A DNA stretch of 64,000 nt from Eledone cirrhosa. Taxonomy: Eukaryota. Under the pieces are notes generated by a model. The model had not been told where the DNA came from. It did not search any database and saw only the letters and a program-made list of their open reading frames with translations. Within the stretch, counting starts at the first letter, position 1. Each line of letters starts with the position of its first letter. Position numbers and translations under genes: made by a program. The stretch is taken from the NCBI GenBank assembly GCA_964016885.1, contig OZ024743.1, positions 102,548,001-102,612,000 on the forward strand, in the 5' to 3' direction. Shown piece after piece: positions 1-12,516 of this stretch.

Positions 1-544
1 CTATCGTCAGCAACGTATATCTTCCTGCCAGATAGTTGAACGTCCGAAAGTATATACTTTCCTTATGCATATTAACGGGTGAGTAGCCCAATTTGCATAT
101 CGAGTGGGTTAATCGGCCGGGTGCACCGAAAACGATAAACGGAAAAAATGAAACGAAATTTCATTTCCCACTCTTAGTACGGCTGTTACTTAAATATAAG
201 TATGTATACGTACATACGTACATACATATATGTATACAGACGTACAGTAGTATGTATATATACATACATGCACACATATATATATATATATGTACGTATG
301 GAATCACCAAACATTTATTATAATACTCGGTGTGTTTGTAAACAAACATCCCGTATTAAGCCGTACAGTGTCTAGCAACCACCGTTGCTCGTTTGTTCAA
401 CACTGACAAAGGAACGCTGTACTAGTTTCAAGCTTGTTAGCTATCGTCAGCAACGTATACCTTCCTGTCAGATAGTTGAACGTCCGAAAGTATATACATT
501 CTTTATGCATATTAACGGCTGAGTAGCCAATTTGCATATCGAGA
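1..544 (-). repeat. ~440-bp tandem unit (retrozyme-like family B), 1.2 units visible
   Basis: 1-104 recurs at 441-544 (period 440). Homologous to 28637-29240, 55996-56632 and 57670-57945. Confidence 0.85.
414..456 (-). ncRNA. Minimal type I hammerhead ribozyme (family B)
   Basis: Minus strand acgttg-CTGACGA-tagc taacaa gctt-GAAA-ctag-TA-cagcgt. 6-bp helix I and palindromic helix III (ctag). Confidence 0.85.
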
Positions 545-1270
545 CAAGTTCTCTTTAAACTCCCGTTGATAAAATCTTTCATGTGAGGGACCTGTCGGAA
601 TTCTATAATTTCTCTGTTTCATATTGCTAGTTAGTTCAGTTGGAGGCACTACTGCTTTACTATTTCCTTATCGCAGAATGTATGCTTTTGAAGAATTCAT
701 TACTTTTTTTCTGTGCAGTAGAATACAAAATATACGGTCACAAGAATAGCTGAGACTATATTAGGGCGGAAGATTTCTAATATCTATGACTAAGTCGATT
801 AATTTTTAGAAAGGTAATTGAGTGAGTGAATGTTGTTAGATATCGCAGATTAATAGAGTACACGACGGCAAGCACTGTTGGCAAAACTGAAAATCTTTGT
901 CAGTGTATGTATATCTGAATGATATAGTATTGAATGTCTATGGACCATTAACCCCTGATAAAGTCGTAGAGGTGCCGTCGTGACATATGACATTTTGAAC
1001 ATTGCTGAACTCATCCTCACCAGGTCTAACCATAACCGATGTCTACCAGAGAAGGAGAGATAGAGAGAGTGAGATATAGAGAAAGTGAGAAAAGGGAAGT
1101 AAGAAATAGATATAGAGAAAGAATCGATCCAAATACTAGACTGTTTGTTTTTTTATAACGATCTCGGGAGGATAAAAACCGAAGTGAACTCTGAACGCAG
1201 AAATCAGAAACGAATAACATAAAGCAATGTACCCGAGGCTCAAATGTCTATTCGCTGCCATTGTACATAT

Positions 1271-1337
<67 letters not shown>

Positions 1338-1507
1338 TACACACACGCACGGACACACAAATACACACACACATACACATAACAAACAACACACATACAC
1401 ACACGCACGCAAACACACACACACATATATATAATATCAATTTCGATGAGGATGATCAGATGTACGTGTAACTTCTAAATTAATATGTAGGGGGATGATT
1501 ATTCCAT

Positions 1508-1539
<32 letters not shown>

Positions 1540-1542
<3 letters not shown>

Positions 1543-1719
1543 AAGGAAATGTGGTAAGGAACCAGATGGACCATAACGCACCAAAGTACTCAATACTTAG
1601 GGTAGTAGAGTGGGTAATAGGAACGAGTAGGACCCCGACGGCTGAGCTCAAGCCGTTTCGACGGCTAATTCTGGACTAAAATGTTTTAGTCCAGAATTAG
1701 CCGTCGGGGTCCTACTCGG

Positions 1720-1720
<1 letters not shown>
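1540..1720. repeat. Hairpin-rich ~170-bp dispersed repeat with terminal fold-back; other copies ~5720-5912, 7398-7527, 8290-8400, 34665-34852, 51379-51500
   Basis: Shared gtggtaaggaaccagatggaccataacgcacc...gacggc(t/a)gagctcaagccgtttcgacggct. Most copies abut (TA)n tracts. Confidence 0.75.
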
Positions 1721-1765
<45 letters not shown>

Positions 1766-1796
1766 GTATATATATATATATATGTATATATATACA

Positions 1797-1899
<103 letters not shown>

Positions 1900-1915
1900 T
1901 TATATATATATATAT

Positions 1916-2273
1916 TGTTATACTTTGGGAGGGTCATGTTGCCAATAAGAAACACACGCACCAGTTGCTTTCACTTCAATTTATTATAATAAATTTATAA
2001 ATTTAGGTATTTATAAATTTCTGGTTGGTTGGTTGGTTCCACAACCAGGTAGTTGTTTATATATTGTCAAAGTTCTTTCGTCACACATTCTGTGACCTCT
2101 TCAGTGACTGGGATTCTTTTCTTTGTTTTTGTGCTTCTCCTTTGTTCTGTCCTACGCAATTTTGTTTCTGTGTGTGTGTTGTGTGCTCAGTCTGCGCATG
2201 CGCCACATCCGGGTGTATGTGTGTGTTTATATTCGTTTATTCGTTTATAACATGACCCTGCCAAAGTATAACA
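1916..2273. mobile_element. Probable solo LTR (Gypsy-like), TG...CA
   Basis: Ends tgttatactttgggagggtcatgtt / aacatgaccctgccaaagtataaca (25-bp inverted ends, 1 mismatch). Flanked by a 4-bp ATAT duplication. AATAAA on the minus strand. A MITE cannot be excluded. Confidence 0.6.
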
Positions 2274-2331
2274 ATATCGGTTTCAACACACGATTTCAGA
2301 TAAAGAATCTTGCTAAACAAATTCAGAAACG

Positions 2332-2373
<42 letters not shown>

Positions 2374-2499
2374 CTGAGCTGAGTCATGGACGCTAGAGAG
2401 GATGATCGCGGAGCACCGGTGCCGCCTAACTGGCCAGCATGGCCTCAGCCGGATGGTTGAAGCAGGTAAAAGTGTAAAAGAGTAATATATTCATATGTA

Positions 2500-2607
<108 letters not shown>

Positions 2608-3764
2608 TAAACTTAACCGTGGGCACATTTCCCCATAATATATGTATGTATGCATAAGTATATATATGTGTGTCTCTGCATCTATCTATGTTTGTATATG
2701 TATGTATCAATGCATATATGTATTTTCGTTAATGTGTCGATAATGTAAATTTACTTCGATATTATTTTCGTTCTGTTTTCACTCTAGAAGCATCGATATA
2801 CATTCTACTTTCTTTCAATATTCTTTAGAAATTAGAGCCAATAATTTGCCGACATTATGTATGGCCATTTCTATGGCTCTATCACTTTTTTTTTTTCTTG
2901 AGCGATGGCAAGTTTTGACACATTATTCAGAATTTCATCAATTGCCTCTAACATGTAATTTATTTAGAAACCGACAAAAAACAAAACAATACAAACTAAC
3001 ACAAAAACAAAAAAAATAAAATATCTCATGCATATTTAATCTTCCATTCAATTTTCCCCAATATCTAAGACAGGCTACATGGCAATGTAAGAAATAGAAA
3101 TTAACACATTTTTTTTACATAGCATGATTTCAGTATTTATTTTACGCAACAATCACTAACACGTAGAACAGAATGATTTGCTGCATGTATTATAGCTGTT
3201 TACGTTTTAAGTTCAAATCTCGCCGAGGTCAAGTTTGCCTTTCGACCATGCGAGATCTATGAAATATAGTTTAAATAAGTACTGGGTTTTGTATAATTGA
3301 CTCTCTCTTCCTCCAAAATTTCTGCCAAAAATTAGTAATCATTTTATTTACAACAATCGCTATTACGTTACAGATAAAATATTTCATATTTATGATGGCG
3401 CATTACGTTATGAGTTGAAATGTCACCGAGGTTGACTTTGGCTTTCATAAATCTGGGCTTGATAAAATAACGTATGAGTGGTAAAATTATAAAGCATTAT
3501 TTATTTTACAACTGGAATTTACGAAGTGATATAAAAATAGATATACTTCCAAATTTCTAGTGCAATACTCCTTTCTATAATTATGCTTTCATTATTCTTA
3601 ATCAGAATTTGTGACCGAAATTCATAACATTTAGATAGCTGGTTGTGTCAATATTTCCTTATACTGATATATATATAAATATGCAGAAAGTTCAGTAAGT
3701 CCGAAGAAAATTGGTGATAGAACCAAGGTCAGCACTAGATGCAGGGCATAGTGTTTATAATAAT

Positions 3765-4061
3765 AACAAAGTGGAGGTGTTACATAGGAGATTTATTGCT
3801 CAATCCTGGTTATAAATGTACTCAAGCTCCTGATATGGGTTGGCATCCCAGACCAAATCCCAAATCTGCCTGATCCTCGGGCCAGTGTTAACACAACAAA
3901 AGAGATATGATGTGATTTTTGTTGTGTTAACACTGGTCTGAGGATCAGGCTGTTTTGGAGTCTGGTTTGGGGTGGAAACCCAGATCATGAGCCGGCTGCT
4001 TGAGGAATATTTATAAACAGGATTGAGTAATAAATCTCGTGTGTAACACCTCCAATTTGTT
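3765..4061. repeat. ~300-bp imperfect palindrome (fold-back element)
   Basis: aacaaagtggaggtgttaca...ccagtgttaacacaacaaaa pairs with ttttgttgtgttaacactgg...tgtaacacctccaatttgtt. Confidence 0.85.
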
Positions 4062-4323
4062 CTTATATATATATTGTTAATAAATGAAACAAAACAAAAC
4101 ACAGGAGGCAGAATTACAAAATTATATTAAGTTCACGCTTGGAGGAAGTGGAAGAAGTTTATATATGTATACTCGGGGACTCTGCGTCATCGATATAACA
4201 CCGAACTTGCAAGCTGTCCCCGATTTGAATCGGTCTTCTACTTTCCATTTTTGAATTTTCTATTTTTCTATTTTCTATTCTCTGTTTGGGTTCAACGTAA
4301 ACCTGTTATATAATCCCGCAAAT

Positions 4324-4398
4324 GACATCTGACGAAATCGTCTAGTTTTGCATCATAATCGTTTGATGGGGCCGGGACAACGAAATATGTATAGTGTT
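4324..4398 (+). ncRNA. Degenerate type I hammerhead ribozyme, long helix II
   Basis: gacat-CTGACGA-(long imperfect hairpin)-GAAA-tatgta-TA-gtgtt. Helix I needs two G-U pairs. Confidence 0.5.
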
Positions 4399-4605
4399 TT
4401 CACGGAATTAAAATTATAAAGTAAATTTTCCATTCTGACATTCTGTTGTTGTTTTAATGAATACTTTCCTCCGTTCCTGCACCAGCCACGGAATACCACA
4501 TCTACGATGGATGATTTGCATAACATTGACTGCTTTAATTCAATTACATCGTTTACCAACCCGAAAACGACCAGGCCTACCCATTGTTAAACAACCTATC
4601 AAAAC

Positions 4606-4641
<36 letters not shown>

Positions 4642-5035
4642 GAGGTATACTCAAGGCGTTTCGAGATTTTCTTCTTTACAGGTACTTTTAATTGACTTAG
4701 GTAATTGTCACTCTAATGCATTCTTAATATTAGACGATGTGAAGGAGATGAAGTAGGCTGTGACATGCGCCTTGGTCACCATCACTTTGGAGGGGGACAA
4801 AAGGCCCTTCCAGGAGTGGCTGGGGCGCTACAGCAGGTACATTGACGATGGAGGATCCTACTTTTAGTGAGACTAGAGTTTTCTGTTGATCTGAGTTATA
4901 GATCTTTGTGTGTATGTAAAACTATTTTGCTTTTAATATAAAATGAATTTGTAGTTGAGCGAAAGAAATGTCTCTCTGAAAACCGCTTAATATTTATAAT
5001 GTATCTATCTCTCTCTCTATATAAATATACATATG

Positions 5036-5092
5036 TTATCTGATGAAAGCGTACCAATCTTGATTTGGTTGCCCTTGAAATATATATAATAA
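5036..5092 (+). ncRNA. Type I hammerhead ribozyme (Penelope pLTR family A)
   Basis: ttat-CTGATGA-aagcgtaccaa tcttgat ttggttgccctt-GAAA-tatata-TA-ataa. Confidence 0.75.
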
Positions 5093-5141
5093 AATAAATA
5101 TGGTTTTTATAAATATAGTTTCCATTAATTTAATATCATTG

Positions 5142-5172
<31 letters not shown>

Positions 5173-5174
5173 GC

Positions 5175-5265
<91 letters not shown>

Positions 5266-5442
5266 ATGTGTATATATGTATATAACGTATATATACATGT
5301 GTGTGTGTGTGTATAGCCAGAGGCGCGCCACACACACATGATTACGTGTGTGTGGGGGCATGTATAGAACAAAAAGATGACACTAAAGACACTAAATTAT
5401 ATTTAATGTAAACCCCCTAACCAATGCTATCATGATTTTTAC

Positions 5443-5556
5443 GTTCAAATCCCGCCGAGGTTGACTTTGCCTTTCATCCTTACGGGGTCGATAAAATAAA
5501 GTACCAGTAATGAACTGGATATTGCTGGCCTTGTGCCTAAAGTAGAAACAATTATT
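5443..5556 (+). mobile_element. tRNA-derived SINE, 5'-truncated (older copies ~3205-3345, 3410-3470, 9090-9305, 10932-11070, 28005-28075)
   Basis: B-box gttcaaatccc, core ctttgcctttcatccttacggggtcgataaaataaagtacc, tail ggccttgtgcctaaagtagaaacaattatt. Confidence 0.85.
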
Positions 5557-6553
5557 TTTACGCTATTAATTCAAAACGTCAGCATAGAAGAATTGTTACT
5601 AAGATTTGAAATGCTTAACAAAGTATATAACCAAAAATTGAGAGAAGTCATTACTTCTAATCATATTTCTATGTAAGTGTGAATGCATGCATATATGCAT
5701 TTATGTATGTATATTTATAGGAAAACAGTTAGGAGTTCCCGACGGCTGAGCTGCGACCGTTTTGTCAGCTACATCCGAGCGTTCGGTTCTAGCTGTCGAA
5801 ACGGCCGGAGCTCAGCCGTCTGTGTTCTGACTCTTTTCCTATTACCCACTTTTCTACCTTAAGTATCGAGTATTCTGGTGCATTATGGTCTACCTGGTTT
5901 CTTACCACACCTTCTTTGTATGTATATTTATATATACACACATGGTTGAACTTATATGGCAATTGAGTTTAAGTTAGACCATGTGTTGAAACTAAAACAT
6001 TAACAGTGCCTAAGTGACATTTTTATACAATCTAAAAACATACAAAATCTGTTAACTGCATTGTACAATTACTATTAATTTCTTGGCGTCAATATTTTTT
6101 GTTACACTCTTTGTGATTTAATCACTGGCACATTTCCACTTGAATGTCTAAGACTACATCTAATATTGTTGGCGTTGTTTTACTTCATCACTAAGTCCGC
6201 CTGGATTGAAAATATTTATAATGAACGATATAATATATATGCGTATAATATATTTTTGTGGTGGTGGGACCATATTACATAATGTACTTATTATCTAACT
6301 AATTCACTGTGTAATGTGTCCATTCGTGCAATGTGTCCATTGTGTATAGTGTCCGCTATCTAACGTGTCTATTAGCTAAAGTAGCCAATATCTCTAAAAT
6401 ATATATTATATATAAATGAATATTTCACATCTACTTTTTATAACATCGAAAACTATTTTAAGTTGGTAAGTATTGCATTACTATTAACCTTTGGAAATGT
6501 CTGAATATAGTCTTGATTATTTACTTAAACCAGTATTGTATCTATTTCAACAG

Positions 6554-6822
6554 GTATATTCAATTGGATTAAAAGATCGGGATTATGCCTGGCTACTGAC
6601 TGAACACGATTATATACGTTCAACAGAACGATATTCTTTCCCGATTGGATCACTTTCTTTTTCATTGAGTGTCACTATAAATCAAGAACATATAGTCAGT
6701 GACGTTGTTAATCTTATAAGCGAGGCGATGTCTCATATAAAGCATCTACCGTTTGGAAGTAAACGGGAATGTTCAAAAATTGCTAACTCTAATCAAATAG
6801 CTCGGGGCAAAGCACTATACAA
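6554..6822 (+). CDS. GRIN3A: NMDA receptor GluN3-like subunit, internal exon (end of amino-terminal domain)
   Basis: Acceptor tttcaacag|GTA at 6553/6554 and donor AA|gtaagt at 6822/6823. Open frame [17 protein letters not shown]...RGKALYK. Its phase-2 end joins the exon at 36566 in frame (AA+A = Lys). The gene symbol means GRIN3A/3B co-orthologue. Confidence 0.8.
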
Positions 6823-6975
6823 GTAAGTATCATTTCATTTAGCGTTTGTTATATAATGCTACACTATGTTGTAATAACCTTATGTAATAACAGGACAGTT
6901 TATATTAATGTGTGCATGGGTAAATATCTGTGCACATTAACGTATATTTATACACACAGTAATACGTCTCCTATT

Positions 6976-7055
<80 letters not shown>

Positions 7056-7162
7056 GTACATATATATATATATATATACATATGTACATATATATATACA
7101 TATACATATATATGTATATATATATATATACGTATATATATATACATATATATATATATATT

Positions 7163-7232
<70 letters not shown>

Positions 7233-7527
7233 ATCGTTAAACTAATATCATAATTGTATTGTATTGTTTTCCGTTTTGGTTTTCCTTCATGAATTCCCTC
7301 TTTCTCTCTCTTTCTCTATATCTTTCTCTATCTCTCTATCTCTCTTTCTCTCTCTCTGTCTCTCTTTCTCTCTCTGTACACTCACATATATATATATAGG
7401 AAAATGTTCAAGACCCCAACGGCAGAGCTCGAGCCGTTTCGACGGCTATTTCTGGACTCTAGTACCCTAAGTATTGAGTACTCTGGTGCGTTATGGTCCA
7501 CCTGGTTCCTTACTCCACTTCCTAACG

Positions 7528-7579
<52 letters not shown>

Positions 7580-7583
<4 letters not shown>

Positions 7584-8168
7584 AGAGTATGACTGTCTAT
7601 GTAAATCCCTAAAACTCGGGAAGTACCCGACCGATTTTTTTCCAACTTTACACATGCGTTACTTATATTTCTTGAAGTACAATGGGCTAATAGTAACTCC
7701 GAAGCGTTCGGCATCCGATATAACAATTCGGTCTATATCAGATTGGGTAGATTTACGAAGAGGCTATGGTCTCCTGTGGGGAAGGCCCAACATGCTGAGC
7801 GGTTGCATTGCAGGCTTTACTTTGTACAGTATGCATGCAGGTGCAATAGACATGATGTCTGTCCGGATGACTGGGTGCCAATCTATAGAACTCAAAAAGT
7901 ACCTAACCGATTTTCTCCAAATGGAAGAAAAATCATACTTTAAGATTTAGTACGCTTAAAGAGTATCCAGTTGATTTTCTTCAGATTTTGCACATGCATG
8001 CAGAAGTTTCACGATTCTGGCCTGCTGGTGTTCTACGTTTCCAGTAGATGAACAATCATTCCCTGAGAATAAGGGAATTCAAAAGGTACAGAGCTACATT
8101 CCTCAATCTTTGCATAGGCGTGTTGCTATTTCACGTTTCCTACCCCGTTCAGCGCCGGGTGCTGCTGC

Positions 8169-8172
<4 letters not shown>
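7580..8172 (+). mobile_element. Diverged non-autonomous Helitron
   Basis: Shares aatccctaaaactcg..aagtaccc with 9986-10907. 3' hairpin cccgttcagcgccggg followed by gcta(c). Confidence 0.6.
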
Positions 8173-8218
<46 letters not shown>

Positions 8219-9985
8219 GCAGCAGCACCCGGCATATATATATATATATATATATATATGTCAGGATGGATTCAGTTTGAAACTGGTTATATCTTTACTC
8301 AACAGAGTACTCAATCATTGGGGTAGTAGAGTATGGTTATATTTTAAAGAGTCGGTACCCGACGGCTGAGCTCTTGCCGTTTCAAGACCTAATTCCAAAC
8401 TGATTGCCGAACAGCTTGGCGCTTTTACTGGCTGTATCATCGGGGAAGTAGTTTGTTCAATGTAAATTCTTAAATTTTCTTCATATAAGTGTTGATTTTT
8501 TTTACATGTTTAGAGAATGGTTTTGTGTGTAGATATCTAGCTTAGTGAGTGCTAATATGCATGTGTGCGTCTATCTGCGCAAGCGAGTGTTTCTGCCTAG
8601 TCATGAGAGGGGGTGGACTTATATTTATAACAGGGTGTTTCTGTGTGTATATGTGTGTGTGTATGTGTTTGTGTTTGTTTGTGTATGTGTACCCCCAGGC
8701 ATGGTTATCACGCTTTTCAGACAGCTGCTCTATAGAATTGACGTCAAACCTAGCAGCAAGCCCCACAAGTCAAAGAATTGTTGAAATTCCCCGATTCATA
8801 AATTAAATATATCTGTCCACGCAGTGACGACATATTGATTAGTTATCTGAAAAATCAAGGAACGACCAGCCAGTGCTATTAAAGTAAAACCCAGTGGATT
8901 TTTTTGTTTTTGATCAAGTGTATTTACTAGTAACTAGGATGGCACCTAAATAAATAAAGGTTCAATTCTGTGAAGTAGTTTATTTACGTGTTCTAGATTT
9001 GTTTATAGACCTGGGTTTCTTACTGAGAATACTACAGCAACCTCCGAGACTCAATAAGTGTTGTCACACATTTTAATACAGTCTCCAGTGAAAGGTAGGT
9101 AGACTGACAAAATTGATATAGCATCGGATAAAATATTGCTACGTTATTTGTTCTGCCTCTTTACATTCTGTGTTCAAAACCCAGGTCAACGTTGCCTTTC
9201 ATCTTTCCGGGGTCGATAAAATAAAGTAACAATCAAATATTGCCATTGATTTATTCACATTTGCGCTTCCCAAACCTTTGCTGGCCTTACGCCTGAATTA
9301 GAAAAGAGAATGGTCTCAAGTAATATAATCATTATAACAGGAGAGGCATTGATTTTCCCTACTTACGTAAGAAATGATATTTCATATAACAATAGTGTGT
9401 ATATTTTTTTGTATGTAAAACTATTTTGCTTTTAATATAAAATGAATTTGTACATGAGCCAAACCCAACATATCTACACATGCAATACATATTGTTCAGA
9501 TGCAACTTGATAAAATTATGTATTGCTGAATTAAACACTGAAAAATATAGAAAAAGAATATAATGTTTCAGAATTTTTAATTTGAACTCAAATTCCTTTG
9601 GGAGACAAATATAATGATTTGTTGATATGAATAAAAGTTAAACTATTCTTAACACAATTTTCGTATTTTCCCTTACAACAAGAAGAAAAAAACGGAAAGT
9701 AGAATTCTATTAAATTGAGACATTTATTTATTCAAGATTGGGATTAATATCCTGTGAATGTAACTGTGTCTTTAAGCATAAAGTAATTGTTTTCTTTTCA
9801 TCATCAGTGTTTCGCTTATGTGCTTTTCTCTTCTCCCTGATAGCTTATGACACTATTAAATTTCTCGCTGCAAATCATTCTCTAACACACCATTCTTCTC
9901 CCCTTCTCCCTCTCTCTAAATAAGATATTTTAAATTGTAATGTTTAAATGGGTGTAACAAAATTCTTTTAAGACGCTTTAAATGA

Positions 9986-10907
9986 TCTATATATATAAAA
10001 CTGAGGATGTATGTCTGTGTGTGTGTGAGTTCGAATCCTAAATCTCGAGAACCACCCAACTGACTGTTTTCAAACTTTACACATGTAATACTTATGTTTC
10101 AGGAAGTGTTCTAAGCAAAAAAAACATTTCAAATGTTCAATGCTCTAGGGATCGCATTAGGCGATTTAGCGATCTCGCTCTACAATTCTTAGTCTTTCTC
10201 TTTTTAGTTAGATACATACATATAACGTCGCGCCATTATAATATCTGTCTGTATGTCTGCTGTCTGCATTAAGTCACTTCCCTGAGGATGTGTGTGTGTG
10301 TGTGTGAGTTTGAATCCCTAAAACTCGAGAAGTACCCAACCAATTTTTTTCAAACTTTACATGCGTATTATCTATGTTTCGGGGAGTGTTATGCACATAA
10401 AAAGAATTCAACTTTTTTTTATCTCCTAGGGCCCGCATTAGGTGAAAAACTGCCTTTTTTAAAGATTTTTAGGTTTTTTTGGAGGCGTTACGTCAAACCG
10501 ATTCCCTTGAAATTGTAACTATGTATTAGTCAGTCTCTTCTTCATACCGTAGGGAAAGAAAATCCAACTTTCTTATGGCCTATGGCCCGTATTAGGGGAA
10601 AAACTTCATTTGTTTAGCTTCTTAGGGCTTTTTGGAGGCGTTACGTCTAGCCGATTTCCCCGAAATTTAAAGGCATATTATGCACATAAGAAAATTCATT
10701 TTCTTGATCCCCTAGGCCCCGCATTTGGTGAAAACCTGCATTCTTCCTGCATCATCGACGAAAATGTTAAAGATTATCCAGCCATCAGTGTATTCGGTTT
10801 ATTTTCTTTACATATTGTCCAGGCATGGAGTTTTTCCACGATTAGGTCTGTTGGCGGCTCGCGTTCCAAAATACCTTATCCCGTGCAACGCCGGGTACCA
10901 CTGCTAG
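9986..10907 (+). mobile_element. Non-autonomous Helitron
   Basis: A|TC start (tctatatatataaaa), subterminal hairpin cccgtgcaacgccggg, CTAG|T end, no TSD. Second copy at 41538-42350. Confidence 0.85.
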
Positions 10908-11938
10908 TATACAATAAAATATATCAATAAAGACAGTAAATTGGCAGAATCATTAGAACGCCAGATAGAATACTTTGCGTTGTCTACGCTCTGAGTTTAC
11001 ATCCCGCCAAAGTCAACTTTGCCTTTTATCCTTTCGAGGTTGATAAAAGGTATAAGCTAATACTGGGTCGTTCTTCCTCTATAGCTTCTTAACACCCCTC
11101 TCTTTTACAAAACCATCTGTGTTCAGACCATCAGGTTTAAATTTCCCAAGACAGACCGCATATCTCTACACTACACATACGACAGCAACAAGAGCTGTGA
11201 GACCATATATGGTTAAACTCTGTCTCGAGTACGGTGGGTTATCTGACCGATGCTTATTCCGGTTTCCGTGGCGTGAAGCGACCGAGAGTGCAAAAATCCC
11301 CTACTACACATCGAATCCCCGTGTTGGACTTATGATCATAATTTTCTAGGTTTGATTCCTGGTCTGGGTTGTGTGTTGCGTTCTTGAGCAAAACACTTCT
11401 TAATTTCACGTTGCTCCAGAATATCTAGCTGAAAATGTGTACCAGCAATAACTGCAGGTTAACCCTGCGAAGGACTGGTCCATATATGCATACATAATAC
11501 ATAGTCTGATAAGATAAGCAAAAGAAGAACTATTTTCAGAATAATTTACTCTTGAATAAATCAAATCCACTGCGGCTCGGTTCGTGTAATGGGGGACTTC
11601 TATGTCGCTAAAGACCTAATGCTGTCTTACTATGCATAGTATTCCACGGCTGTGATTGACACGAGATAATTGGCGAATAGTTTGCAAAACGGAATAAATT
11701 CATGTATGCATGTATATATATATATATATATGTCAAATGTAGAAAAGTAACACACGAGTAAATATATATAAAAACAAATAGTAGAAAGGAAAAAGAGTTT
11801 TTCAGTAGAAAATGTTGAAGAATATTTTTCAATGAAATATCAAAACATTAATTTATTTACCGGTTTCAGCATTAGATCAATTGTCAATTGCGAATATGCA
11901 GAATATTATTAAGTTGCATATTTGAACAAATAGTGATG

Positions 11939-11989
<51 letters not shown>

Positions 11990-11991
<2 letters not shown>

Positions 11992-12172
11992 CTCAAAAAG
12001 TTTCCAGGGTTGGTTAAACAAATTCGCCCCGCCACGCTTTTTGGAAGGCTTCAAAAGGCATGCTTGCTGGCAACAGCAAGAACCCTCCGATACGTCCGGG
12101 ATATCTGAGGCTGCAGGTCATTTCAACAAACTTTCCAGTTAACTAACATTAATGACTGAGACTCAAAGAACA
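11990..12172 (+). mobile_element. 3' fragment of R4/Dong-like LINE
   Basis: Near-identical to 18735-18932. Lies between (AAT)n tracts. Confidence 0.85.
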
Positions 12173-12516
12173 ATAATAATAATGATAATAATAATAATAA
12201 TTATTATTATTATTTCTTTATTAACCACAAGGGTTTACATAAAGTAGACATTAAGTACAGTGCAGGACAATACAGGACCGTACAAATGGGCATTTCTGCG
12301 TGTAAAAAACAAAAACAGAGGATGTAACAAAAAATAACAATGAAAAATTCTCCAATAGGGGGTAGACTTCGGAGGGACATTTATGGAGTAAGCCCAGTAA
12401 AAGGCCACAGTGACCCTGACCACCAAGGCAAGTGCCCTCTCCCAGTTTTCCACTTTAATTTACAGATACATACTCAGAGTAGGCCCATTGACTCGGGCCA
12501 TTCTTGCTTCTCTCAC

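Noticed and set aside
2431-2465. ggccagcatggcctcagcc resembles the start of the genomic HDV ribozyme
   Set aside because: No L3, P1 partner strand, P1.1 or J4/2 follows; likely chance or a LINE 3' fragment.
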